DNA of 64,000 nucleotides from Octopus sinensis (Eukaryota), in assembly GCF_006345805.1 (NCBI RefSeq), contig NW_021836134.1:62001-126000 (forward strand). Direction: 5' to 3'. Below the pieces are notes generated by a model. The model was not told where the DNA came from. It searched no databases and worked only from the letters and a program-made list of their open reading frames with translations. The first letter of the stretch is position 1, and the number at the start of each line of letters is the position of its first letter. A program made the position numbers and the translations under genes. Positions 1 through 12,393 of this stretch are shown here, piece by piece.

Positions 1-2918
1 TGTGACAGAACATATCCGGGTGCATGTGCTTGGAACACATCTGGTCGCACATTCCCCACTACCAGTAATCCACTACACTACCAGTAATCCTATGCAGGAC
101 AGACTCGTGTTCAAATCCACCTTCCCCGTGGCAAATTGGACGACCAAATCAGCGAGAATGTGGACATTTTCCACACACATGTTCTCCAAGTGTCGTTCGG
201 ATATTGTCTGGACAGTCTTGAATGCCTTCTTGGTATCACTGTCATGTCACAACAGGCCATTACACTCCCCTCAGACTGTTCAATAAGAGTGACCACACTT
301 CTCCCTCCGTCGGACATGTTGATAATATCAAATTGATACAATCCAGTTGAACTCGTCTGCACTCCTCGTCGTGGGGAAGGAGGCGACCACCCGAGTAACT
401 TCAACATGCAATAGAATGACCACCATCAAAAGATCTGTACGAATTGACAAGAGGCGAATATGACAAGTCCTGAGACAAGACCGAGAGTGGCCGTCCTTAG
501 TCGTTTGTTGAGAAGGAAAGAAGTTGAAGAAGACAGTCGGTGGCCATATTCCACCACACATCGACCTTGGCAGCACACAGTCCACACAAACTCCCCAATC
601 CAGGCAGCAAAAAAAGAGGAGTTGCATGTCCTCCTAACATTAAGAGTGCCTATACCTCGTGGTGACTCAGTTTGCCCAGTCTGGCGATGTGGGACAGGAC
701 TTGCAGCTGGTCGTCCTTAGCACTGCGAATAGACAGACACACCAACCTGACATATCGGCATAGTCCGGGGATCAGACACATCTTATCCCACACAATCTCG
801 AAGGGGGGTCCTTCACAGGCACTGCAGTTGGAGGTGGAGAGCACATCCATGACTGCAGTGAAATTGAACGCAGGTCTCATTCCACGCAAAATGGCCATGT
901 TCTGGGAATATCAAACACACCCACATTAAAACACAACACAAGAGGACCCCACCCAGCCTCCAATCCTCCCTCGGAAACCAATCGAATGAGGACCTGTTCT
1001 GCCATTTCCCTTTTACGACGTTCCTATGAATGTACAGAGAAATGTGACCACACTATGAATACTTCCATAGACATCTTCGTACACGTGGGAGTACCCGAAA
1101 TCTGCAAGTCGACAGAAACCAGTACAGTTCTCCAAATACGTGTGCACATTGTCGTAGGATAACACTCCCGTGAATCTCCGAGGGAGCATCGCGGAGGACA
1201 CGAGTGCCACCAACAAGTCGACTTGGCAAGTCAGTCCCCGCCTATTCCACTCTCGCACTACTCCCTCCACCAAAGAAAGCAAATTAGTCATTTGAGAATC
1301 GCAAGTACTACAAATAACAACGAGAAGCCACCAGGATATCATAAACAGACTGAGGGATTTCACAATGTCCTCCAAAACAAGAGAAATGAGCAGAGGACCT
1401 CCCAAAGTGTCCAGAAAAAGGGTCAGCTTGGCCAACATGTCCTCCATCTGGTCATAGATCAGATTCAGCACGTGTGCAGGACTAACCGAGGGTGCCTCCC
1501 CCTCCCCCATATTGACACTGGACGATTAGGAGGGTCATCTACCAGTGCACTGAACACCCGTCCGTGTAGACCAGTTTGATGAGAGGATAAAACACGTTTC
1601 CGACACGGAATCCCATCTGGTCATAAAATTCCGCAATTCCGTGATTTTGACTCCACAAAATGGATTCACTCCAACAGAGGGCAGAATATGTACTCAGACT
1701 CACTTTGATGGCCTTAAAGTAGCAGGACCTCCTCTCACTGTCCTCCAACTCCACCGCCCTGCCACTCTCTCGCCAACCAAACCTTCTAACAAATGCGTCC
1801 TCAAGGAAAGCCTGCAGGGTCTCTGCGGCCAGAGAATAAAAGAAGACGTTCCGGTCTCCCATGAGGACCAGTTTAGACAGGAGACAGGCAATGAGATGAC
1901 TCTCCAGTGCCTACCACATCAAAACGTGTCCAAACCAGAAAGTCAAATGTCCTGACTAGTAGGAATACCAATTTCATCAATTGTTGTCTTGCCGAAAAGG
2001 ACACGTGCAGAAATTGATTTTCGAATGTACGGCCGTGGGACAAGAGTTGGACAACGACCGAGCAGACCTGTGTCCTAACCAGGTCTCGGAAGACCTCTTT
2101 CTGGAATGATGTGACACCCAAACCATGCTAAACAGCTTGTTGTTCAATACTGAAATAATTAGTTCAATAGAAAGGGCCATGCCCCCCATTTTCTGAATCC
2201 ACTTGGATTTGTCGCCTCCGGCCACTGCACACAAGTCCTGAAATAAAGGCAAAAGTGACCTGAATGAACATGTAGGCGTCCCCCTCATAGGAGTTGAGTC
2301 CCGGGGGGAGAGGACAGTCACTCACTCTCCGCGGAGTGGACGGGTCGTCGTTCAATGTCAGTGCACGATCAAATACAGAGAAGGCCAACTGATTGACCAC
2401 GGCCAGGCCTGCCATGCACGTGGTTTGTGTTGGTGACCCAATAACCCCGAAACAGAGGGAAATGACCTGTCGGAGGACATCCGAGGATATGTGCTCGTAC
2501 ATTGCCACCAGCGAAGAACACGTCTGGAGGACCCGGAGTTCCTCGATTCCGTTATTGGCAAGAAGGGAGAGGAGGGAGACCAGGTGGTCCACGCCTGCCT
2601 GAGAATAAGTCTGGTCACTACGTTGTCCAGGGCAGTCTTTGTGATGCAGTATCTGATCGACTGCAGACCGATTTTCACGGCTGAGGGAATTCGCGAATTG
2701 ACTGCCTCGAAGAAGGGGGAAAGAAAGGGGACTGAGTTTTCTCGCATGGCTTTAATCAGAAATTCATCTTGTTTAATATCTGAAAGCAGTTTTATTGTGT
2801 TTACACACGACTATATTTAGGAGATTTGGAATTACTGTTATTAGGTGCTCAGATTTCTTTTTGCTTGATTTTTAAGAGAGTTTAAATCCCTGGTCAGAAT
2901 ATCTATGAGGTCAGTCAT
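1..2918 (-). CDS. MON2: MON2 homolog (Golgi/endosome ARF-GEF-like trafficking scaffold), 5' part, multi-exon, continues beyond window start
   Basis: Spliced reading gives MTDLIDILTRDLNSLKNQAKR..., MRENSVPFLSPFFEAVNSRIPSAVKIGLQSI, LANNGIEELRVLQT, GDAYMFIQ|DLCAVAGGD and VDLNTSLSCIGLL|WGMCDQ. These follow the remembered MON2 DCB/HUS motifs (ENSLEELKLLQT, KDAYMLFQDLC, LNISLTSIGLLWNISDY). Introns seen: 2811-2835 (25 nt), 2599-2621 (23), 2238-2259 (22), 59-81 (23), among others. Exon 1 needs a 1-nt correction. Confidence 0.9.
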
Positions 2919-3208
2919 GTGCGTCCACAAGACAAATTTCTTTTTTAATTATTTAAATAGTAATCAATATGCCAATAATAATTAAACACTATTTATTAAA
3001 TAAATTACTTCGTATTTTTTTACGAAAATATTGAATTTAAAAAATATAGTTCAAGTTAACATTCAAGAAAAAATGGGGAAAAATAAAATATTTTTTAACA
3101 AATTGATTTTGACTATATTTGGCGTAATACTGATCACACGTATGTACTCCAGTATTCATATCATAAATAAAAATCTAATATTTAAAAAAAACCTATATTT
3201 CAGGACTA

Positions 3209-3390
3209 TACCATTTACAAGTCAATTTTGCAGCTGAGAACATCATTTTTGCAATCTGGAAATTAAATTTGCAGTCAAGAATGTCAATTTTGCATGTAAG
3301 AAATCCGGTTTGATCAGACCGCAAGTTAGGAAAATCATTTTTGCAAATAGTAAATGAATTTTGCAAGTGAGAAATTCTATTTTGCAAGAA
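3209..3390 (-). repeat. Left subterminal degenerate ~21-bp tandem array
   Basis: TTGC anchors recur about every 20-22 nt; inverted relative to the array at 7158-7544. Confidence 0.7.
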
Positions 3391-3397
3391 ATTTTTA

Positions 3398-4483
3398 TTA
3401 CAAAAAAGAATTGTCAGTTAAATCTTCACATCGAATAATTGAGGGGTAATATCTCTCCACATGATTCAAGAATTCCATTAACTTTTGTCATTCTGAATTC
3501 GGTTATTGACAGTCCCTTTGCAGTTTTTTTATAATTTATAATTATATCCATATTTTCACGAACTCTTTTCTTTACTTCAGCTTTGAATGAACTCCAAGCA
3601 AGTTCTATTGGGTTGATTAAATAAGAATATGGCGCTAGTCTTAATAATTCACTATTTTCTCCTGGATTTATTACAGACTCAAGTTGACTGTGAATAGGAC
3701 CATTATCAATTACGAATGTTGGGTGTGTAACTCCTGATGCATCATATTCATTAATAAGTTGCTTAAACCATGTTTTACAGGACTCCCCTGTATATGAGCC
3801 TCTTCTGCACTTAAAATTATATATTTATGACGATGACATTGCAGCTATAAATGTAAATTTGATCCTCTGCTACTGGGTGCAAGAACAATAGACCGACATC
3901 CAATTTTTGAACGTCCTTCTTTACGACGACAAAATAAATTAAAATTCGACTCATCTATCCAAATTATAGTTCTTCCTTTAGATCTCGCATTCAAAAGATG
4001 TGTTAAATACTCCATTCTTTTAATTTTATTTTCCTCTGTATTCATGTTTATTGTGATTGTCTGAATTGATTTCAATGAAATTAATTGTCCATCAAGCCAA
4101 TTTTTTACTGTATTTAAACAAACAGTAACATTGAATTGAGCTTGAATTTTTTCAGTACATTCGACCAGTGAGATCTGGCAATCACATTTAATCCAACTTA
4201 ATAGAGCAGATATAATTTCTTCACTTTTTTTACTCCAAATCTTTCCTCCTTTAGGAAGTAATTCAATTTTTTTATTTTTAATCTAATAATATGCGGTCCT
4301 TTCTTTCACTCCCAAAGACCTGCATAAAGAGCGCCAATCTCCATCTCTATCGTATGTGTCTATGATCAATTTACGTTTTTCCATTGAATATTTTCCGTAA
4401 TGTCCTCTTCCTTGTCTGTTTATGCAAATGTCTTCTGTACAATTTTCTTGTGAATTTTCGGAGGCTTCTCGATTTTGTATCAT
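3398..4483 (-). pseudogene. IS630/Tc1-like DDE transposase, disrupted (one TAG plus frameshifts)
   Basis: HTH region KYSMEKRKLIIDTYD; catalytic motifs IIWIDESNFNLF, FVIDNG and LAPYSYLINPIELAWS; C-terminus NHVERYYPSIIRCEDL. Confidence 0.85.
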
Positions 4484-4520
4484 TTTTAATTTAATTTTAA
4501 ACGTAAAAATACTTTATATA

Positions 4521-7113
4521 CGTAAACCAAATAAAAAACGAACACTACATTTTTCCTAAAATTTCCAAGAAACGAAACGAATCAAAAAAAATAAATTAGA
4601 AATTTAACAATATAAACAATAACTAATATTTTTATTTGCAAAAAACAATTATATTTACCGCCTTTTTACAACAAAAAAGTATAATCTGACCAAAATAAAA
4701 AACGAACAAAATTTTTTATTTGTAAATGTTATTAAATATATATGATTTTTTTAGAAAATTATTAATATTTGGGACGCTATAATAACTTATTATGGCCAGA
4801 CAATTGAGTTTTGAAGAAAAGGGAACAATTATCGGTATTTACAAATGCGGAAAGACGTATCGCGAAATACAACGTATAACTAAAAGATGGTAAAAGATCA
4901 CTTGATACCATATCGAAAACAATTCGAAAAATATAAACAAAATATTCCATGCTCAAGAAAATATGGTTTTGGTCGTCCCCGGCTCCTAAATGAACATGAT
5001 TTAAAAAAAAATCAAAAGGCAAGGATTGAAGATCCCAAATTAATTGCGTAAAATATGCGAAGGCACTGAAAGAAGAAAAGAAAAACTGGAAAAAGTAACA
5101 CCTGAAACAATCAGAAATACACTAAAACAAAGAGGTTTCAAAGCATTTCCGCGACTAAAAGACCACATCTTACTAAAAAACACAAAGAACGAAGAATGGA
5201 AATCTGTCAAAGATGGAATATGCTATTGGAATTACGTTATATTCAGCGACGAATGAAAATTCAACTTAGTAAACAACGACGGACGAAGATTTGTATAAAG
5301 ACAACAATCCGAAAAGTTTGTTTCACGCAATATTACTGAAACCGTAAAATTTGGAAAGGAAGTGTGATGATATGTGGTGCATTTACGTCTGAATATTTTA
5401 GTAATCTGGTTTGGATAAAAAAAATAATGAATGAATCATTGTATGTTAACATTTTGGCAAACAATTTTTTGCCATTTCTGGAAAAAATAGGATTATTGAT
5501 CCAATTTTTCAACAGGACAACGACCAAAACACACATGTGTGTTTGCAAAAATATTCTTGAGACTAATAATATCGAATTGCTACCTTGCCCAGCGCAAAGC
5601 CCGGATCTTAACCCCATTGAACACTTATGGAGCTATATGAAGGCAAAAAAATGGGGAAATCGTATTCCAAAAAAGAGGAACTTTTTGAAGAATTACAAAA
5701 ATTTGGAATGAGATAGGAGTGGATTATGCAAAATCATTGGTAGGAACTATGAGTGAACGAATATTGTCTGTAATTGCGACACGTGGTGGGCATACTAAAT
5801 AAAATAAAATTTTGTTCGTTTTGTATTTGGTTCAGATTATACTTTTTGCCGTAAAAAAGGCGGTAAATCAGTTTAAATATATTTTTTTGCAAAAAAAAAA
5901 TATTAGTTATTGATTATACGTATAACCTCCATTTGGGGCATCAATTTTGAAAAATTGCCCCAAAAATAGAGGTTTCCCCAAAAATGGAGGTCTGAAATTT
6001 TCTTTATTTTTATAAAAATTTTAATAGTTTTAGCATATTTTTCATAATTTATAAATAAATAAAGTATTTTTAAGAACATTTAAAAATGTTTCCACTAATT
6101 TTATTGATAATTAGAGTATTTTTCAAGTAGAAAAAATTTTTATCTATTACACACGAAAATAATCTGTTATTTTGTTTCCTGTTGCAGATTTCTTCATATG
6201 TATGCCCAATATTTTTCTGAAATTGTAATAGTCTTTTTTTAAAGCATCGGGAAACAAACGGTGAATATTCTCTTCAAGGTTATTCATTGCTGTTATCGTG
6301 TCCAAGTGTGAACGTTGCATTCAGTTTGGTCATATATTGACTCATCATTATTTCTTCTTCATTTTCAGCAATTACGTCTGCAATTATCGTGTCCAAATTT
6401 TCTTTCTCACTGTTAACTAAAAAATTTGAACTAGGAATCTGTTTGCCGACAGTTATTAATTGTTTCCCAACAATTCGTTATTGTTTCAGGATTTAAATTT
6501 TGCCATGTTTTTCCAACAATTATTATGACATGACGAAGATTTATTTTTTTTAAATTAACAATTTGTAACTCAACGTCCTCAAAATAAAGAGTAAAATCCA
6601 ATAAAGCGTTAAGATAATTGGACTGAAAGATTTAATAATACCCATGTCTAACGGTTGAATAATGAGGTGTATTTTTAAGGTTTCTTGAGGTTTCTACAAA
6701 TCTCGCTTCAGTAAGATGTTTATTTTCACTTAATTCCTTGGCAATTGATCTTTTTAACTCAAGACTAAGCTTACGAGCCATAACAACAAGAATACAAAAA
6801 TTACACGAGGCTTTCAAATGAAATTTTATAATTAATTTTAATTTTAATAGCAAATATGTATATAAATTAAAAATCCTGTGCCCCACTTAGAGGTTCCGGT
6901 AATTTCTAAATTTGGAAATTACCGCTAAAAATTATATCCTTTTCAAACTACCCAAAATAGAGGTTTCCCCAAAAATAGAGGTTCCCCAAGCCAGAGGTCT
7001 GCCCCAAATGGAGGTTTATATGTATTTGTTAAAATCTATTTAGATATTTTTTTTGATTCGTTTCTTGGAAATTTTAGGAAAAATGTAGTGTTCGTTTTTT
7101 TTTGGGTTTACTG
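4521..7113 (+). mobile_element. Tc1-family transposon with ~200-bp TIRs; transposase at 4792-5802 is frameshifted
   Basis: Ends TA|C(A)GTAAACC and GGTTTACTG|TA. ORF pieces MARQLSFEEKGTIIG, WNYVIFSDE, ICGAFTS, PAQSPDLNPIEHLWS, TRGGHTK. The right TIR is split by the pogo insertion. Confidence 0.9.
5919..7022 (-). mobile_element. Internally deleted pogo/Tigger-like element inserted in the Tc1 right TIR
   Basis: TIRs (C)GTATAACCTCCATTTGGGGCA and TGCCCCAAATGGAGGTTTATATG with flanking TA. Retains N-terminal MARKLSLELKRSIAK and C-terminal NKITDYF remnants. Confidence 0.75.
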
Positions 7114-7157
7114 TATATTGTTTAAACGCATTAAATGTTGCGTCGAGGTTATACAAA

Positions 7158-7544
7158 ATGAATTTGCAAAATTAAAAATTTCCTACTTGCTAAAGTAATA
7201 TTTCCTACTTGCTAAAGTAATGGAACGTCTGTCGATTGCTGTGATCCGAGGGAACGGCTTCGCCATTCGCGAGGCTGGTCGGGTGTCTCGTGAGGCCTTT
7301 AATTAACTTAGCTATCTTTAATTTATTTCTTGCTTTCAAAAAAAAAAAAATTCCTACTTGCAAGATTGGTTTTTCCTAGCCGCAAATTAAATTTCCCACT
7401 TGCAAACCGATTTTCATGACCGCAAATTAATTTTCTTGATTGCAAAATTGACTTTCTTAACCGCAAAATCATTTCTAATTGCAGAAATGAGTTTACTGAC
7501 CGCAAATTAAATTTCGTACATGCAAAATAGAGTTGTAAATGGTA
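7158..7544 (+). repeat. Right subterminal degenerate ~21-bp tandem array (interrupted by a CRE tail)
   Basis: GCAA anchors spaced 22,20,20,20,21,18,21,20 nt in 7360-7530, alternating CCGCAA and TTGCAA; duplicated near 13600-13987. Confidence 0.75.
7221..7350 (+). mobile_element. Extreme 3' fragment of a CRE-like retrotransposon with poly(A) tail (second copy near 13661-13790)
   Basis: Encodes ERLSIAVIRGNGFAIREAGRVS*, matching the REL C-termini of other CRE copies here (QRLSTTVVRGNSHAIL). Followed by an A13 run; TTCCTACTTGC occurs on both sides. Confidence 0.7.
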
Positions 7545-7546
7545 TA

Positions 7547-8530
7547 GTTAAAATCAATAGAGGTATACTGCAAGGAGATTTTCTCTCATCTCTTATCTTT
7601 GTGTTGTTAATGGACCATCTAAGCCGAATGATCAACGGAAAATTCCCGAAAGTAATGACGGGAGACTCAGGCAGGGGGAACCCGCATATGCTACTAACCA
7701 CCTTCTATTATGGACTATATAAAGCTATTTTCCAATTACAATGGCGTAATGGAAATGATGATAGAGAAAGTTGAATCTTTTTTGACATAGCTGAATTGGA
7801 AAAAAAACGTTTAAAAATTTACGACGAATTTCAAGTCTGTCTATGAAAACTTGCTTACTTGATGGGCTCGATGAATAGGGTCTTTGAGCCATGAGAGTTT
7901 GGTCAGATTGATAAGAATATCGGTCGAGTTTTATGGACAAAAATATCCGGCCAAAAAAACTTTATCTTTCAAGAAAGGAATTTGGGAGTGACCTGGAGTC
8001 AGTTAGCAATAAAGCGGAAAGGATGCTTCTTCAATTTTATGGTGATTTGAAACATAAAACAAACTACTGCCTAAAAAGAACAGGAATTCTGCGTCCATTA
8101 ATTTAAAGAAAATACATATGGCCACTACCGTGGAATTCTTATCCTGAGAATACAATGAAACTGTAAATGAATAGACAGTATCGGACCTGCCGAAAATTCA
8201 ACGCGAATATTTATTGGGAAAATATCGAAAACAAGCGTTTCCAATCTATTTTGTTCCAATGCATAAAGAATACTGAAGTTGATGTTAATTATGCTTGCGG
8301 GTTGTTAACCCATGGAAACAATTCCCCCGTCGAAGAGTGCAAATTACTCTGTGAAGATTCGTATCGATACAACAATAAATTCAAATACTAAAGTCCAGAC
8401 TAACGAGGCGGACATGAGGAGCACAATCTGCTTATAGAGATTGTGATAACCTCCCAAAAAGGCCTCATCGATTAAAACTTGCAGATTGTAGAAATTTTTG
8501 AGTAACCAGCCCATCCCATGTTAATACAAT
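7547..8530 (+). pseudogene. Degenerate R4/Dong-like non-LTR retrotransposon (RT and REL remnants); copy at about 13990-14980
   Basis: VKINRGILQGDFLSSLIFVLLMDHLSR (RT) and LLIEIVITSQ...LQIVE (REL). The frame continues across the empty IS630 site into 3190-3206 (TYISG|LVKINRG). Confidence 0.7.
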
Positions 8531-8578
8531 AAGTACATTAACCAAGTGTCTGACTCTGCAGTTCCTCGCGTAATTCGC

Positions 8579-9150
8579 AGAATTACTGTGGCAATGTTTT
8601 AATTAGAATATGGTTTATTTTTTATTAATTATTGTTTAATTATCTCAATTTTTAATGGTAAACCTAATAAATTATTTCACATGTGAGCACGCAGTTGATT
8701 CACCTTGTGCTGCTGTGTATATAGTTAACCCTTTTCTTAATTTTTTATATAATTTGATTTAGTGGGAATATTTCGAGATGCAGTTTCTTTTAATGATTAA
8801 ATTATTTGAAATTTCATCATTTTGTGATATTTTTCGAATTTATTCCTATAATTTGTTTCTTTTACTCATTTTGAAATTTCTGTAACGCTAATATTTTTTG
8901 AAATATTTATTTATTGAATTTTTAATCATTTTTTGTACTTTTTCATATACTTGTCGTTTTCCCACGACCACTTAAGTTTTTTTATATACAGTATAAACTC
9001 TATTTGGGGAATCAATTTTGTAAAATTGCCTGAAATTTTTTTCATTTTTTTTATAAACATGGCATTTTTAAGTACTAAAAATTTTTATTCTATTGACGAG
9101 TTTTTCGTTATCCTTTGTTCATTTGTAACGGTGAGTCATGTAATATGTCG
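8579..9150. repeat. AT-rich composite repeat (unclassified segment + pogo-like end TACAGTATAAACTC + TGTAACGG terminus), three copies
   Basis: Near-identical copies at about 8579-9150, 15022-15590 and 23846-24405; a diverged relative lies near 51680-51990. Confidence 0.75.
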
Positions 9151-9845
9151 CGTCCCACACGAGCTACCCATCCCATGGTAGTTACATGTCACCTGTCAAT
9201 AAATAATAATGCCTGTCGGTGACTGTCAAATTTAATAATTAATTTAATTGCATTGATTTCTAATCAATAATCGTTTCAACAATAAAAATTTATTAAAATA
9301 AAGCGTCTACGTTTTTTTAACTTGCCTCACAAATATCTAAATTCCAATATAAAACATAAATATACTTATTGCAGATGTATTTTTAACACCTTTACAAATG
9401 GCATACTTACTGTAAACGTCAATGACGGTAAATATCCATTTGTAGCCACGTTCGAATCGTTAAATTTTTTAACGTCTTTTAGGTCTGCTTGGAATCGTTC
9501 ATTTGGTCTTTTGGCAATCGCATGGTACTTAGAATCTGAAACCTGCTATATAAGTTTTTTATTTTATACTTTAAGTGGAATGGAAAACTTGCATATTGAG
9601 TACTCTTTGACGACTCGTTCGATAATTTTACGCTTTATTGTAAAATAGGAGTGTAGACATTCCTGTTGCAGTTTACGAATTCCAGAATGGCTATTCCGGT
9701 GAATAGAATCTGCAATAGTTTGCATCTCACTCTCATTATGCATGCAAATAACTAGTTTGTGCTTTTGAAATCTTTCGTCTTTGAGGTATAAGCAGTCATC
9801 AATGACAATAAATTTAGTGGATTTTTTAGTTAATTTATAAACTTA
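9124..9845 (-). mobile_element. Ginger-like integrase transposon fragment (copy at about 15568-16280)
   Basis: H2C2 motif HRNSHSGIRKL...RVVKEYSICKF and integrase core AKRPNERFQADL; 24-nt GT-AG intron at 9546-9569. Confidence 0.7.
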
Positions 9846-10689
9846 CTAGCTCGACAGCTCGCTTCGCTCACCGCGACCTAGCTCCTGCGGAGGGCCTGTT
9901 TCATCAAACAACTATAAGTTTATGTAGATGTATAAAACTACCTGGTTTAATGTAACCCTATTCTATCGCCTGTTGATAAACGATGTTTGTCGTCCGTCCT
10001 TCCTTGGCATATATGAATAAATTTTCTCTTCTGCCTACCCTCGAGCATCCCACATACAGCTGTCCATGTGAAAAGCACTCACTCTCTAAAAATAACCCAA
10101 CTACCTTTAATGACTGTCCCTGGGCCTTGTTTTTTATATTTTTTTTGTTTTTAATTATTTTTTTTTTGTTTTTTTTGTATTTTTTTTAATTTTTAATTTC
10201 TTTGTCTGTATTTTTTTATTTTTTTTGTTTTTATTTTAATTTTTTTGTTTTTTTATTTTAATTTTTATTTATTTCTTTTTTTATTTTTTAAATTTTTTTG
10301 TTTTATATGTTCCCTCTGTTCTATATTTAATTGATCTAATATAATTACAAAATTCAACATTAATATGAGCATCAAAAATCTTACATAACAGTGGATTATA
10401 AGGCACCACCCACCTGTTGTCAACTGTCATTTCATTTTCTTTTCCTTCTTTAACTTTAAAAAGATGATTCGGCATTCCAGAGGGATCAAAGTAGTTTAAA
10501 AATTCAATCCGGTTGAATTTTTAGAAAATAACAAAAAAAATAAAAAAAAACAAATAAAAATAAATAATTTAAAAACAAAAAAATAAAACAAACAAAAAAA
10601 AACTTTAAAAATTTGTAATATAGTATAAACAAAAAAATCTCTGTCGCCACGGCAAAAACCTGTCTAATTTTTTTAACAGCCTATTAAGA
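9846..10689 (-). mobile_element. Non-autonomous internally deleted Helitron
   Basis: On the minus strand it starts TCTTAATAGG and ends with a GC-rich hairpin-like segment then CTAG|T. Retains the Rep fragment DNRWVVPYNPLLCKIFDAHINVEFC and the Pif1 helicase C-terminus NKAQGQSL...CFSHGQLYVGCSRVG. Confidence 0.85.
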
Positions 10690-12393
10690 AAAATTTATTA
10701 GTTAAGGGAGGCAGTTAAAAACTAACTAAGTAGACCTTCGGCATCGCTGCCTTTTCAGTCTCCATCACACACACGCCTCCCTACACACAACCACAAGTTA
10801 AGACTTACCGCCTTACCTGCCATCCAGAAATAATCTTCTCTAGGACCTCAGAGAGGCCTTTGAGGGATGATTCCTGGGCGTCGGAGAGCTCAGTCCGGAA
10901 TCCTAAGCCATAGGCTAGCCTTATGGCTCGTCTTCTTACTTTTTTAAGCACGTCAACATGCTTATCCCTGTCCTCATAGAGGTACAAGCGTGGACGCCAT
11001 AGGTCAAGACGGGTAACACCATGGCGTTAAACACGCGGAACCAGGCACCTCTGCTCAAGCGGAAAGCACGCAACGCACCTAATCGCTGCATTGCACGCAT
11101 TTTCGTACGTGCAATGTGATCATCAAACTTACCGGACGGCTTAAAGAGCACGCCCAAATAAGTCATCCGATCAACTGCAGCGATTGCTGACCCGCTCAGC
11201 AATAACCTAGGAACAAAATTAGTGTAACCCCTCGTCCTTTTACAGACTTTAGGACACTGCACTTGTCCGCGCACATTCTCAGACCCCTACTCCCACACCA
11301 GTTTGCAAGTCCATCCACAGCAACCTGAAGCCTACGACACGCACACTCCGGTTTCATTGAGTGATCCCAGAGGATAATGTCGTCTGCATAGATTACCATT
11401 TCAGTACGAGCATTGACTGGCATAGGCGCAGTGGCCATAAACACATTGAATAGTGTCGGACTGAGCACAGAGCCCTGAGGGACCCCGCGAAGGACTGTTG
11501 CGACTTTAGAAAAGACCCCCTGATGCCGCACGACCTGTCTGCGAGATTCAAGAAACCCCGACAGCCAGCGCCTTAGACACGGAGAAACCCCGCACGTGGC
11601 AAGGGAACTCCGGAGGCCGTCGTGCCACACCGAGTCGAAGGCCTTTTCAATGTCGAGACTAACTAAAATACCGCATTCCCTTTTCTGGAGGGCGCTCTTT
11701 ATACTAGACGACACCTTGTGAAGGCAGTCCCCGCATGAGCGGCCCTCCCTGAAGCCCCATTGGAACTCAGGGAGGGCGTCTGCCACCATCAGCCCCTCCA
11801 GGAGCCTTTGGTGCATAATTCTTTCTAGGATTTTAGATATCGCGGGGAGCAAGGAAATGGGCCTATATCCCCCGGGGACATCATGTGGCTTCCGGGTTTT
11901 CCGATAAGGATCACCTCAGCTACTTTCCACCTGGAAGGAATCATCCCAAGTCGCAAGCTCCCGTTAAATAAAACCTTTAGCGCAGTGATTAACCGCGGCG
12001 GGGCCTTCTTAAAGATGGCCATCGGGATCCGATCCAAGCCCGCCGCGGTGTTCTTACTTCGGGAGATTGCTGCCAGAATCTCCGCTTCAGTAATTTCGCC
12101 TGCATCGTCCATTGATATATCCAGCTGGCAGCGCTTGTCCCACGACAATATCTGCTGGACAGTATCAAAGGACGATGTCTCTACGAACTGACTTCCGTCA
12201 GTTCCCGAGATGTCATTGAGATGGGCTGAAAGTATTTCAACCACCTCAACCGGGTCCGAAGCGAGGGTTCCATCAGAGCGTTTAAGGCGCACTGACTTAG
12301 CCCCCCTTCTCCCCGACAGGCTCTTCAACTGCTTCCAGAAGTCCGGAAAGCGAGGGTCCACCCTTCGGCAGGCCCTCTCCCACCGCGAACTTT
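10690..12393 (-). mobile_element. 5'-truncated jockey/I-like LINE, RT region, GC-rich, few frameshifts
   Basis: LPAISKILER, QWGFREGRS, LDIEKAFDSVWH, GVPQGSVLSPTLF, YADD, YLGV; AATAAA near the 3' end. Confidence 0.9.

Larger units (their letters stand above)
3209..7544 (-). mobile_element. IS630-like (Tc1/mariner superfamily) DNA transposon with TIRs and subterminal ~21-bp arrays; contains nested Tc1, pogo and CRE-tail insertions
   Basis: TIRs TACCATTTACAAGTCAATTTTGCA (from 3209) and reverse complement of TACCATTTACAACTCTATTTTGCA (ending 7544). TA duplicated at 3207-3208 and 7545-7546 within a C-TA-G context. The transposase stop codon abuts the left array. Confidence 0.75.

Noticed and set aside
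2811-2850. In-frame TAA/TAG run in the MON2 5' region suggesting a ciliate-type code (stops read as Gln)
   Set aside because: Most of the run is a 25-nt GT-AG intron, and a 1-nt indel explains the rest. Spliced PI4K2, GCSH and Merlin ORFs contain no internal TAA/TAG, and TAA is used as a true stop.
7350-7530. Regularly spaced repeats as a CRISPR array
   Set aside because: Units are degenerate with no constant repeat plus unique spacer, there are no cas genes, and the context is eukaryotic transposon sequence.
9983-10189. Phe-rich membrane-like ORF (also 18738-18983)
   Set aside because: It is antisense to the Helitron helicase remnant and runs into a T-rich low-complexity tract.
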